Below, in pieces: positions 1 through 9,516 of a stretch of 64,000 nucleotides of DNA. Origin of the DNA: a virus; IMG/VR virus record IMGVR_UViG_3300029267_001061, positions 3,332-67,331 of that record; one strand, 5' to 3'. The position numbers were made by a program, and so were the translations under genes. The number at the start of each line of letters is the position of its first letter. The stretch's first letter is position 1. Below the pieces are notes generated by a model, which did no database searches, was not told the DNA's origin, and saw only the letters and a program-made list of their open reading frames with translations.

Positions 1-5
1 TCCGA

Positions 6-3000
6 GTGGAGACGGATAACGCCAGGCGGGCTCTACTGAAAGAGCAGCTGGATGAACTCGAGAAGCTGATGGATAACTCCCCCGAATTCGAGGGCACTGT
101 ATGGAGAGGTTGGGATGACCTGCCCGAAGACGTCTTCCAGAAGCTGTACAACTCAGACGTGTTCGAGCTGGATGCCCCCACGTCCTCCACCCTCAACCTG
201 GAGGTCGCGGATCGCTTCATCGACGAGCACTCTCCGACCTCGATCATTATGGAGATGAAGACGAAGCACGGTACCCGCATCCCCGACTTCGACCCCGGCC
301 CCCACACATTGAATCAAGAGGAAATCCTGTTGAGGCCCGGAGCCAAGTACCGTGTAGTGGAGCGAGGCCACAAGGAGCTGTGGGGCCAACAGGTGCCATA
401 CCTGAAAGTGGAGGAAGTCACCGATACCTCGAACTACATGTCCTTCGCCAAGAAGCCGCCTGCTGAGTGGGCCGCATCCCTGAGTGATGATGAACAGGCT
501 GTAATCCGGGCCTGGTCTAGGAATGACTACAGGGAGATTCGCCGATGGCAGGCCAAGGGGATACGGCCTGGAGTGAAGCCCCACATTGCGGGGAAGACCT
601 GGGAGATAGAAGAAGTATCCGACATGCTGGAAGCGGCAGTCGATAGGTGTGAACCCTGGAAGGGCAAGGTATACCGGGGGATCGGCACTGATGACCCCAA
701 GATGCTACAGCGACTCACCAATGGGAAGGTGTTGGAGTGGGATGCGCTGACCAGTGCGTCGAAGTCCAGGATGGATGGAATCGAGTTCACCTCCCAGTGG
801 GGCCTGAAGAAGAGGCAGATCCTGTTCGAGATTGATCAGGTCTCTGGTGTGGATATCAACCCCGGGCTCAAGGGGCTAACTGCTCTAGACGAAGCTGAAG
901 TCCTGATGAAGCGGGGCGTCAAGTACCAAGTCGTTGGCAAGCCGAAGAAAGAAACGATCTACGTGCCCAAGCTCCAGAGACATGACGATATCTGGGTTGT
1001 CAAACTCAAGGAGCTGCCTGCAGATTCGCCGATGGGCCAACGATCCTGGGTGTCTACACTCGATGCCCGAGAACGTGGGGCTCTCCGCAGGATCCAGGAA
1101 GGCCGGGTAGTACCAGACGATATGAAGGATGCCTACGAGGCAGCGATCAAACGAGCCCCCACCTTCGAGGGAGACGTCAATGAGGTAGTCCTGCTCAGCA
1201 AGAAGAAGCTCGCTCGGCTAGAGGCAGCTGACTTCATCGACATCGACCAACCGAAGGGCGGAATCATCCGCAGCGTCGACATTGGGGATCTGCCCTCGGG
1301 AGATGCGAACCACAAAGCAGCCATCATCCGCTACCAGACGAAGAGCGGCATCGACTTGGGTACAGGCGATACTGATGCCATCATCAGGAAGGGCGGGCGC
1401 TACCAACTGGTCGAGGTCAACCAGAAGAAGTTCAAGAAGCGCCAGGTTGCGGAGTTCGTCTTCCGTGAAGTCGATCCTTCCGATCCAGCGGTAGGGGCCA
1501 AGAAGGCTGCCCGCCAGAAGCTGGCCACTGCGACAACCCCAAGTCCTACGGGCACTAAGCCGCCCATGACATTCCACGAAGCCATTGCTACTCCGCCGAA
1601 GGCAAAGGTGAAGAGCTCACAGGCAGCTGTGAAGCGGAATTTCAAGGACTACATGGACAACCAGGGCGGGAAGCAGTGGAAGGAGAGTCTTGACAAGCCA
1701 CACCAGGATGCTGTGAAGGGATGGCTCTCGGATACGAGGGGTGACGGCACCAGGGGAATCGGCTACATGGAGATCCGCTCGCTACAGAAGGGGCGGCTAA
1801 CCGATGTCAGTGACGAGGTTGTTGAGAAGACGAAGAAAGCACTCCGCCAACTGGATGAGGCCCTGGAGTCTGCCCCTCGCCATGAGGGCACCGTGTACCG
1901 CGGCCTACAGATCGACCAGAAGCGGTATGATGACCTGATCAGGCAGACAGCGGTGGAGTTCGATGCTCACGCCTCAACTACTCCGGACGACTTCATGGGC
2001 TTCAAGTTCGCCACTGAGCGATCCATCCAGGACCTCGACCGAGAGATGTCTGTGGTTATGGAGATTCGTGGAGTTGAAGGCGCGAAGGTCGGCTGGTATG
2101 CGAAGCTCGGCGAGACAGAGGTCGTTCTACCTAAGGGCACTAGGCTGAGACGCGTAGGGGAACCCATCATCGAGACCTACAAGCCCAGGAACGGGGTTTC
2201 ATCGAAGACCATTACCCGCCTGGTGTTTGAGCCGGTAGCAGATGAGGTCGAGTGGAAGAAGCTCACTGCGATGAAGAGCCCTATGGACAGTAAGACCCAA
2301 CTGGCTTCCGCTCGGTACCGCTACATCAATGCCCAGGATACCCTTGAACGACTGGAACCGCAGAGGCCGCGATCACTGAAGGCTCTGGAAGAGGCAAGAG
2401 CTGCCGAACCGGGCAGTTGGCACGCCAAGCAGCTTGAGCGGTACGAACTACACTTGAAGCAGATAGATGAAGCAATCGCCAGAGCCCGCAAGGATGTCGC
2501 AACAGCAGATGACGACATCAAGCGGATCCTGAAGACGTGGGATCCCGGTACACCGCCCGCAGTACGGGAAGCTGTAGAGGAAGCAGTAGAACGAGTCGTC
2601 ACAACGACGCCGAAGCCAGCGCCGGCGATCGAGGTCATCCCCGAGAATCCTAAGCTCACGGCTCTTCGCAAGAAGCTGTCCTCAGCAGAGGAGGCCTTGG
2701 AGGCGTCGACCGACCCGGATGAGCAAAAGAAGCTGAAGCGCCGGATCCGCAAGTACAAGAGGGAGATCGCAGCAGAACAGCCGGCCAGCCCTGTAACCAG
2801 CGCCCCTTCTACTCCTGCTCCGAAGCCCCAACCCCAGGTTACACCCACAGAAACGCCAACCATCATTGCCGAAAACCCGAAGGTCACGGCATTGAAGGCG
2901 AAGATCGCGGAGGCTGAAGAGATCGCGGGGTCGATCGCCGATCCTGACGAGAAGAAGAAGATCAAGCGAAAGATCCGGAAATACAAGCGAGACCTGAAGG

Positions 3001-4238
3001 CGCTTGAAGAGGTACCTGATACGCCGGCGGTCACTACGCCAGGCAAGCTCAAGCTGGGCAAGACGATTGAGGAACTCGAGGGACAGCTAGAAACCTTCAC
3101 CGATCCGGATGACCAGAAGAAGATCAAGCGCAAGTTGAGGAAGCTGAAGCGTGAAACGCCTTCGGTGCCCACTCCCAAACCGGCGCCAGTGGTAACGAGC
3201 CCGACTCCAGCACCTGCTCCGGGGCCATTCAAGTTGGGAACAACCATCGAGGAGTTGGAGCAGCAGCTGAAGGACTATACAGACCCCGAACAACAGAAGA
3301 AGATCAAGCGTAAGCTTCGAAAGCTGAAGAGAGCCGGCGGTACGGCCACACCGACAAAGAAACCGACCGTGACCCAGGCCCCCGAGGCTCCGAAGCCGAC
3401 CGCGAGAAGAGAAGACCTGCAGTGCAAGTTGGAATCCGTCAAGGATGGCGACCTGCTCTGGGGTGAAGAGGAAGCGATCGACAGCGCCTGGAACTACACT
3501 GGTGTTCAGACCCAGGTCAAACAGAAGCTGACCGAGGATGTCCGGGGCGGCATCAATCCTCCGGGCTCACTGCGGAAGGTCACTGACAGAGTCACGTTCC
3601 GTGACATGCAGCTTCCCAAGAAGAAGTTCGATGTGGAGATGGTTCAGGCTCAGGTCGACGACATGGCTCGGGTCATGGACCAGCTGGATCCGGATTACGT
3701 GCCCACCAAGAAGATGCGCGGTATCCGATTCCGGAACGAGATCCAGGATGACGGCATCTACCAGGGCACATGGGGTCGATACACATACACCATGAAGCAG
3801 GGGGATTGGATGGGGCCGAAGGTTCCGAAAGAGATGGCCCTTACCGCATCCCACAAGCCTTACCAGACGGGCCTTATGCGGAGCAAGAAGCACCTGAAGG
3901 TGGGGAGATCGCCAGCTACACGATCCTTCGTGCGTGACCATGCTTGCTCAGGGCTGGACGGTACATACGCCGAGATCGGCGCCAGCACGGCAAGGCACGA
4001 GCTTGGCCACCACATCTGGTTCAGCATGTCTCCCGGTAAGCAGCAGGAGTTTCGTAGAATATTCCGAAAGCTCGAGGATGAGAGGAAGGTGAACAGTGTG
4101 CTAGGCTACTACGGCGGAACCAACGTGGAGGAAGGATTCGCGGAAGCGTTCTCCCTCTTCACACACAAGCGGTATCGCCGAGGCGGCGCACTGGGAGCAG
4201 AACTCGAAGCTTGCATGGGGAGGTTGTTCCGACGATGA
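6..4238 (+). CDS. Minor head (MuF-like) polymorphic effector, 5'-truncated: 4 ART modules, Lys-rich repeats, C-terminal zincin
   Basis: R-S-E motifs VWRG/TSST/QEEILL, VYRG/TSAS/EAEVLM and VYRG/ASTT/ETEVVL; HELGH...EEGFAEAF; frame open at the window edge; lies upstream of the head genes. The MuF domain itself is not visible. Confidence 0.8.
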   Translation: METDNARRALLKEQLDELEKLMDNSPEFEGTVWRGWDDLPEDVFQKLYNSDVFELDAPTSSTLNLEVADRFIDEHSPTSIIMEMKTKHGTRIPDFDPGPHTLNQEEILLRPGAKYRVVERGHKELWGQQVPYLKVEEVTDTSNYMSFAKKPPAEWAASLSDDEQAVIRAWSRNDYREIRRWQAKGIRPGVKPHIAGKTWEIEEVSDMLEAAVDRCEPWKGKVYRGIGTDDPKMLQRLTNGKVLEWDALTSASKSRMDGIEFTSQWGLKKRQILFEIDQVSGVDINPGLKGLTALDEAEVLMKRGVKYQVVGKPKKETIYVPKLQRHDDIWVVKLKELPADSPMGQRSWVSTLDARERGALRRIQEGRVVPDDMKDAYEAAIKRAPTFEGDVNEVVLLSKKKLARLEAADFIDIDQPKGGIIRSVDIGDLPSGDANHKAAIIRYQTKSGIDLGTGDTDAIIRKGGRYQLVEVNQKKFKKRQVAEFVFREVDPSDPAVGAKKAARQKLATATTPSPTGTKPPMTFHEAIATPPKAKVKSSQAAVKRNFKDYMDNQGGKQWKESLDKPHQDAVKGWLSDTRGDGTRGIGYMEIRSLQKGRLTDVSDEVVEKTKKALRQLDEALESAPRHEGTVYRGLQIDQKRYDDLIRQTAVEFDAHASTTPDDFMGFKFATERSIQDLDREMSVVMEIRGVEGAKVGWYAKLGETEVVLPKGTRLRRVGEPIIETYKPRNGVSSKTITRLVFEPVADEVEWKKLTAMKSPMDSKTQLASARYRYINAQDTLERLEPQRPRSLKALEEARAAEPGSWHAKQLERYELHLKQIDEAIARARKDVATADDDIKRILKTWDPGTPPAVREAVEEAVERVVTTTPKPAPAIEVIPENPKLTALRKKLSSAEEALEASTDPDEQKKLKRRIRKYKREIAAEQPASPVTSAPSTPAPKPQPQVTPTETPTIIAENPKVTALKAKIAEAEEIAGSIADPDEKKKIKRKIRKYKRDLKALEEVPDTPAVTTPGKLKLGKTIEELEGQLETFTDPDDQKKIKRKLRKLKRETPSVPTPKPAPVVTSPTPAPAPGPFKLGTTIEELEQQLKDYTDPEQQKKIKRKLRKLKRAGGTATPTKKPTVTQAPEAPKPTARREDLQCKLESVKDGDLLWGEEEAIDSAWNYTGVQTQVKQKLTEDVRGGINPPGSLRKVTDRVTFRDMQLPKKKFDVEMVQAQVDDMARVMDQLDPDYVPTKKMRGIRFRNEIQDDGIYQGTWGRYTYTMKQGDWMGPKVPKEMALTASHKPYQTGLMRSKKHLKVGRSPATRSFVRDHACSGLDGTYAEIGASTARHELGHHIWFSMSPGKQQEFRRIFRKLEDERKVNSVLGYYGGTNVEEGFAEAFSLFTHKRYRRGGALGAELEACMGRLFRR
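2644..3335 (+). repeat. Four copies of a helical-hairpin peptide repeat DP(D/E)xxKK(I/L)KR(K/R)(I/L)RK(Y/L)KR
   Basis: Seen directly in the translation, separated by Pro/Thr-rich linkers. Confidence 0.9.
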
Positions 4239-4435
4239 CATCATTCGCGATTCCAGAAGAAGTGATGAAGGCGGCAGAGGCTGGGAAGTGGGTCTTCCGA
4301 GAACGCGTCCCTGAAGGACCATTGAAGCGCTTGCCCAAGTACTGGATCGGAGACGACCCGGACGAAGCGCCCCGAGATTACGTAGAATGGATTCGACCGG
4401 AGGACAACGATGACACAGAACCAGCTGCCCCCTGA
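4235..4435 (+). CDS. Small protein, candidate immunity protein 1
   Basis: ATGA overlap with the effector stop codon; SD GGGGAGGT; motif GKWVF...WxGDDPxxAP. Confidence 0.75.
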   Translation: MTSFAIPEEVMKAAEAGKWVFRERVPEGPLKRLPKYWIGDDPDEAPRDYVEWIRPEDNDDTEPAAP

Positions 4436-4589
4436 GATCGTACAAGCGATCCGCGACGGGAAGTGGGTATTCAAGGAGACCCAGCCTGAGAACCCCCACG
4501 ATCCTGAGTTCTGGTATGGGGATGACCCGGTAGATGCACCGGATGGCTGGGAAGTGGCGTACGCGCCGAGGGAGGAGAAGAATGGCTGA
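4410..4589 (+). CDS. 59-aa paralogue of the preceding gene, candidate immunity protein 2 (not in ORF track)
   Basis: SD GGAGGA; MTQNQLPPEIVQAIRDGKWVFKETQPENPHDPEFWYGDDPVDAPDGW aligns with 4235-4435. Confidence 0.8.
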   Translation: MTQNQLPPEIVQAIRDGKWVFKETQPENPHDPEFWYGDDPVDAPDGWEVAYAPREEKNG

Positions 4590-4836
4590 GCAGCAAACTG
4601 TATGCCCGATGGGGGTAGGACGGCAATGCCGAGGAGAAGACTGCGAGTGGTGGATTTCAAGGCAGACTCTTGAAGGAACCATCTTCGTGGATGGGAATCT
4701 GGAAGGGCCGCTTGTGAGTGGGGGCTGTTCGATGAAGGTGATGGCCCTCTACATGCCGCTTCTCATTCTTCGGGTTGGGGACATCTCCGGCGGCTTGGGG
4801 GGTATCATTAGCGCAGCAACGGAAGGGAGACCCTGA
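4582..4836 (+). CDS. Small Cys-rich hypothetical protein
   Basis: SD GGAGGAG; CPM...CxGxxCxWW...GGC. Confidence 0.65.
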   Translation: MAEQQTVCPMGVGRQCRGEDCEWWISRQTLEGTIFVDGNLEGPLVSGGCSMKVMALYMPLLILRVGDISGGLGGIISAATEGRP

Positions 4837-5081
4837 TGCCTAAGACGAAAGATGCGGATCGTGCGGAACGCTTCGTGGACACGGACCTGAGCTTCATCTC
4901 ACTGGGTGGAGCCGAGTGCCACAAGTGCAAGCACCTGAACGAAGAGACGAATGACGACGGGGAGGAGACCTGCAAAGCCTTCCCTGCCGGGATCCCGGAT
5001 GACATCATCATCGGCGATACCCTACACCGCGTCCCTGTGGATGGGGACAACGGAATCACGTTCGAGCCAAGAGATGAATAA
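4836..5081 (+). CDS. CxxCxH / CKAFPxGIP...GDNGIxFE protein, candidate ART immunity protein
   Basis: I recall this motif family occurring downstream of phage MuF-ART genes; translationally coupled (TGATG). Confidence 0.7.
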   Translation: MPKTKDADRAERFVDTDLSFISLGGAECHKCKHLNEETNDDGEETCKAFPAGIPDDIIIGDTLHRVPVDGDNGITFEPRDE

Positions 5082-5110
5082 CTAGCACGTCTGTTTCTCT
5101 CCTTGTGTTC

Positions 5111-5150
5111 GCGCCCCCCGCGCTTCGGCAACGGGGGCGCCTCTTTGTTT
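5111..5150 (+). terminator. Rho-independent terminator
   Basis: GCGCCCCCCG...CGGGGGCGC stem followed by CTCTTTGTTT. Confidence 0.7.
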
Positions 5151-5172
5151 CGTCGTAGAAAACTCCGAGCAG

Positions 5173-5200
5173 TTGAGACCGGCAACTTCATATCTATAAT
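5173..5200 (+). promoter_or_regulatory. Sigma70-like promoter
   Basis: TTGAGA-N16-TATAAT upstream of SD GGAAGGAGG and ATG 5225. Confidence 0.6.
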
Positions 5201-5224
5201 AGCCCTCGAACGGAAGGAGGAGCC

Positions 5225-5506
5225 ATGAGGACGGTTGCATCAATTTCACAGCTAGCGCGTGCAGGGCTATTTGCCCATGCAATTCGCAAGGCACAGATCG
5301 ATGGAAATCACTTCAAGCAGGTTCCTTCGGAAGCATTCGATGACGAGGGCAACCTGGTGAAGTACGTCTACGTGAAGTACCTAGGGAAGTTCTTCACGAC
5401 TGGTCACGAGCGCGAAGATCAGAACGTGGAGTTCTGGCTGGCGGACTCAGCCGAGGTACAGCCTCCTGCTGGGTTCCAACTTCTGTACAGCCCCCGAACT
5501 TCGTAG
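5225..5506 (+). CDS. Hypothetical protein
   Basis: Strong SD, 93 aa. Confidence 0.7.
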   Translation: MRTVASISQLARAGLFAHAIRKAQIDGNHFKQVPSEAFDDEGNLVKYVYVKYLGKFFTTGHEREDQNVEFWLADSAEVQPPAGFQLLYSPRTS

Positions 5507-5516
5507 GGCGTAGGAG

Positions 5517-5768
5517 GTGAATCCCGTGAAGAAAGCACTTCAACTACTCGGAACATTCGCTGGGACACTACTCAGTCCCAAGAAGCAGCAAGAACAGGTG
5601 GGCGGCCGGCGCGTCTGGCTCGTCCTTGTACTACTCGCTGTTGCGTGGGGTATGCACGCGACCGGCGTATCCGACGGCATCATCTTGGCCTGCATCGGTA
5701 CCGCATCCACATTCGTGGTTGGGGAATCGGTCGGAGATGTCAAGGCACGGAAGAAAGACAGTCAGTAG
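5517..5768 (+). CDS. Holin-like membrane protein
   Basis: Two hydrophobic segments, basic C-terminus, 83 aa. Confidence 0.55.
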   Translation: MNPVKKALQLLGTFAGTLLSPKKQQEQVGGRRVWLVLVLLAVAWGMHATGVSDGIILACIGTASTFVVGESVGDVKARKKDSQ

Positions 5769-5771
5769 GAG

Positions 5772-6803
5772 GTGGAAAACACCGTGAAACAACGACTCGC
5801 ATTAGCCATCCTCTTCGTGGGGATGTTCGTATGCCTTACTGGCTGCGAACTCTTCGACTTCTTGACACCGGATATGGCCCTTGAGGCCCACATCAGTGTC
5901 GGAGCGGCGTTGGTGACGGAAGTTGAAGTGGTGCCCAGTGTAGAAGCTGGGGGCTATCTCGTCGCTATCCGCATCAGGGGTGGCAATCAACGAGCAGGAT
6001 ACACCATCCAATGGGGTGACGGGCAATCCGCCAACATCCCCACACAGGATGAATCCCTATACACGGCCGTGTCGCACCTCTATGCAGTTGAGGGCGATTA
6101 CGACATCTTGGTTACAAGCGGCAATGGGCATGCACCGGTCGAGCTGACCGTGCATTGCAAGGCTAGCGGTCTCGTGTATCGAGGCGCTTGGTTATCTCCG
6201 GTGCAGTTCAACTACCGCGATCTTCTTTCCATCGATTTCCGTCTACGGGATCGAGGATGTGATGGCGCTACCGGGGAACCCCTCTACAGCTCTGGTGTCC
6301 TGAACCTGGACCCGGGTGTATGGGAACTCCGTATCACCATCGAAGATTCGACCGGTCCGTTCGCGATCTACACTGGAGAATACGACCTGCACTCCGACGG
6401 CTCCCGTACATATAGGAATGTCGCCGGGGTATGGATCGAAGAACCCGAAGTCCTGTACTGCCTCATCGGCAACCGCAACGATCAGCCTTGGTATCCTCTG
6501 AACGCTCCCGCCAGTACAACTGGCTACGACTGGTTCGAGGATCTCATGGCTTCTGCGCTCGCAGGACTGGACAACGATGAAGGAGGTTTGCTCGGTGACG
6601 CATCCAGCGCTATCGAAGCGAAGGGTTGTCCGCCGATCCCGAATCCTACTCCTGTACCTGATCCTGAGCCGATTGAGCCAGGCACGGAAGGGTGTACAAG
6701 CGGGCGGCGATGGGTGAAGATGACGATTCAACTTCGCAACCAATGGACCAACGTGCTGACGTACGTGAGTACTTTCTGCGCGATGCCCAACGGTTGCCAA
6801 TAA
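5772..6803 (+). CDS. PKD-domain lipoprotein
   Basis: Lipobox LTGC after a hydrophobic signal; PKD motif IQWGDG...SHLYAVEGDY. Confidence 0.75.
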   Translation: MENTVKQRLALAILFVGMFVCLTGCELFDFLTPDMALEAHISVGAALVTEVEVVPSVEAGGYLVAIRIRGGNQRAGYTIQWGDGQSANIPTQDESLYTAVSHLYAVEGDYDILVTSGNGHAPVELTVHCKASGLVYRGAWLSPVQFNYRDLLSIDFRLRDRGCDGATGEPLYSSGVLNLDPGVWELRITIEDSTGPFAIYTGEYDLHSDGSRTYRNVAGVWIEEPEVLYCLIGNRNDQPWYPLNAPASTTGYDWFEDLMASALAGLDNDEGGLLGDASSAIEAKGCPPIPNPTPVPDPEPIEPGTEGCTSGRRWVKMTIQLRNQWTNVLTYVSTFCAMPNGCQ

Positions 6804-6824
6804 CCCCATGGAGGTGGGGATATC

Positions 6825-7373
6825 ATGAAGAGAGCACTAGTACTTTCACTGGTCTGCATCATCGGCCTGGCCGCGATCGCTTTCGCCGGTCCGACTGTGC
6901 AGCTTCAGTCCCTGTGGTATGACGGCGATCAGCAGCTGGCCTTGGCGTTCGGGGGGAGCTACGTTCCGGACAGAGCCTGGGGTGGCTTCGGTGAGTTCAA
7001 ACTGGCTGAGTTCGAGTACGTTGGCGGCGATGGGGGGTTCCTGCACATTGAAGGTGTATGGGACTTCCAGGTGACCTACGACATCGACCTGTTCCAAGAC
7101 GACGACGATGCCTACCTTACACTACGTCCCGGCTTCGGAATCATGTTGCCATCGGTCCTACACGTCGAACAGAACATCTTCGATCCGCTCGTTGTCGAAC
7201 CGGGCCTTGCCGTATCACTTGCGGTCATCACGGTCTACGACTTCCAGATCCGCGGAGAGATGTACTTCAACGGTGATGCCGTCGGCTGGGCATTGGGCGG
7301 CGGGTTCGATTTCTTCGGACTCTCCGAACTCTTCCGTCGACCCGCTGAGCCGGTTGGAGACGAAGGCCTCTAG
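6825..7373 (+). CDS. Secreted protein, possible small outer-membrane beta-barrel
   Basis: Sec signal MKRALVLSLVCIIGLAAIAFA; alternating aromatic beta strands ending WALGGGFDF. Confidence 0.6.
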   Translation: MKRALVLSLVCIIGLAAIAFAGPTVQLQSLWYDGDQQLALAFGGSYVPDRAWGGFGEFKLAEFEYVGGDGGFLHIEGVWDFQVTYDIDLFQDDDDAYLTLRPGFGIMLPSVLHVEQNIFDPLVVEPGLAVSLAVITVYDFQIRGEMYFNGDAVGWALGGGFDFFGLSELFRRPAEPVGDEGL

Positions 7374-7388
7374 GCCGAAAGGAGAAAC

Positions 7389-9515
7389 ATGCCCTGGACT
7401 TCGGCAGACGCGAAGAAACACTCGAAGCTGGTGAAGAAGCCAGCTCACGCCGAGGCATGGGCGAAGGCTGCTAACCGGGCGCTCTCCAAAGCCAAGAAGG
7501 AGGGCGTCCGGGATCCTGAAGCTCGGGCCATCAAGATCGCGAACTCACTGTTGCGACAGATGGTGAAGACCTCAAACGACTCGTTCATACCCGACGCGTC
7601 CGATGCGGTCTTCCGAGCGGATCAAGAACCACCCAAGACGCTGCTCGAAGGCCGAGGGGAAATCGTTAGCTTCGAGATTGATGAGAGCACCGGTATCCTT
7701 ACCGCTGATGTCATCATTTCGCAAGAAGCGGTTCTCCCCTACATCGTGGACGGCAAGATCGTGCACGAATACATCCCGGCAGCCGAGTTGTCAGACCAGG
7801 AGTTCTTGGATTCAATCCCCGGGAAGCCTGTCACAGACGGGCATCCAGCGGAGAAGCTGGTAACCTTCGACTCATTGTCCCAGCACTCGAAGGGGGTACT
7901 ACACGGGCCGTTCGAGACGTTCGTCGATGAAGACGGAGTCACGAAGGCAAGGGGTAAGGAGACCGTGTGGGACCCGGAACTCGTACAAGATATCGCCGAC
8001 GGGAAGAAGCGCAGTGTCAGCATCGGCCGGTGGGCCCAGCTGATCCGAGAAGATGGGGAATGGAATGGCCAGTCCTATCAGCGACGCCAAGCCAAGCTGC
8101 GCTGCAACCACGTTGCACACACTGACTCGCCCCGCAACGAGGGTTGCCGCATTCTCGTCGACATGATGGATCCAACGGATGCCTCGGTTTCTACGATTCG
8201 CGAGATGCCGTTGGCAGAACAGCCTCAGGCGCTGAAGGACCTGATCCAGAAGGTGAAGGGAGACCCTCGCGGACTGAGGAGTGTCTCGTACGCCGTCAAG
8301 GACTTGCGCCACTTGCTGAACGAGGCGATCAAAGTCATCGGAACAACCGACGGCGAAGCGAAGAAGACACTGACTACAGCACTGGCCCAGGTGAAGGCCT
8401 GGTGGCCGGCGCTACATTGGAAGGGAGATGAGGAGTTCACGGAAGATGCGTGGACAGCGCCGACTGATCTCTCTGCTGAGGACTACGCGGAAGTAGTGCC
8501 TCCGGCAATCGCTGCTTGGATGGCAGATGAAGAATCTGCAGAGCCAGTGGCGATTGTACGGGCTACTCCCGACAGTCCGCTGAACTTGCATGCTCTGCGC
8601 GCATTGATCGGAGATGGAGCTCACTTCGACGGAGTACCGGACCACGTCATCCGGGAGACCCGAGAGTGGGCGCGGGAACAACTCACAACGTACCACATGC
8701 GAGGTGATTCAACGATGAGTGGAGCGACCAAGGTCGAAAAACTCCAGCTCACGCTCGGTGATCAGGTACTGGAGTTCCCCGTGGACGAACTCGATGGGCT
8801 TGACCTGGATGAGTTCCGCACCACGCTCGGGGACTTTCAGAAGAAGATCGACGAGCAGGCCACCGAGCTTGGCGACCTGAAGGACAACGGAGATCCGAAG
8901 CCTGAGAAGAAAGAAGGCGAAGGAGATCCGAAGCCTGAGGACGACAAGTCCGGTGAAGGAGATGGCGACGACGAGGAAGAGGATGAGGAAGAGGCAACTC
9001 CGACTGACTCCCTCCAGAAGATCGTCGATGCCGCTCAGAAGGAAATCGAACGCCTGAAGGCTCAGAAGGACGGGAAGACCGACGAGATCGAAGCGCTTCA
9101 GAAGAAGCTCGACGAGTTCAAGAACGGTCTGCCGACCGCCGAAGCACAGGCACAGGCAGTGATGGACGAAGTGGAGACCAGGACTGGTCTTCTGCAGGCC
9201 ATCGCTTTCTTCTCCGATGACTACAGCCAGAGCGGCAAGTCCACGGCCGAGATCAAGCGTGATCTCCTGTGCCTGGCCCGCCCAGACTCGGCGGAAGCCA
9301 TCATGGAGCAGAACGAAGCTGGTGAGTTCGTCAAGAGCGACGCATACGTGGATGCACGTGTGGAAGTCGTCATTGACGACATCACCGAGCAGATTGGGGC
9401 CTCCGTTGGGAACAGCACGCTGAAGACCCGACAGGATGGCAAGGACGGAAACTCGAGCATCGCGAAACTCCGACAGGGGCGGCAGTCGATGTTCAAAGAG
9501 CCGGAGGTGACATAG
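7389..9515 (+). CDS. DUF2213-family prohead protease/scaffold protein
   Basis: GKPVTDGHP, VSIG and NHVA motifs; acidic coiled-coil C-terminal half; precedes decoration and capsid genes. Confidence 0.85.
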   Translation: MPWTSADAKKHSKLVKKPAHAEAWAKAANRALSKAKKEGVRDPEARAIKIANSLLRQMVKTSNDSFIPDASDAVFRADQEPPKTLLEGRGEIVSFEIDESTGILTADVIISQEAVLPYIVDGKIVHEYIPAAELSDQEFLDSIPGKPVTDGHPAEKLVTFDSLSQHSKGVLHGPFETFVDEDGVTKARGKETVWDPELVQDIADGKKRSVSIGRWAQLIREDGEWNGQSYQRRQAKLRCNHVAHTDSPRNEGCRILVDMMDPTDASVSTIREMPLAEQPQALKDLIQKVKGDPRGLRSVSYAVKDLRHLLNEAIKVIGTTDGEAKKTLTTALAQVKAWWPALHWKGDEEFTEDAWTAPTDLSAEDYAEVVPPAIAAWMADEESAEPVAIVRATPDSPLNLHALRALIGDGAHFDGVPDHVIRETREWAREQLTTYHMRGDSTMSGATKVEKLQLTLGDQVLEFPVDELDGLDLDEFRTTLGDFQKKIDEQATELGDLKDNGDPKPEKKEGEGDPKPEDDKSGEGDGDDEEEDEEEATPTDSLQKIVDAAQKEIERLKAQKDGKTDEIEALQKKLDEFKNGLPTAEAQAQAVMDEVETRTGLLQAIAFFSDDYSQSGKSTAEIKRDLLCLARPDSAEAIMEQNEAGEFVKSDAYVDARVEVVIDDITEQIGASVGNSTLKTRQDGKDGNSSIAKLRQGRQSMFKEPEVT

Positions 9516-9516
9516 C

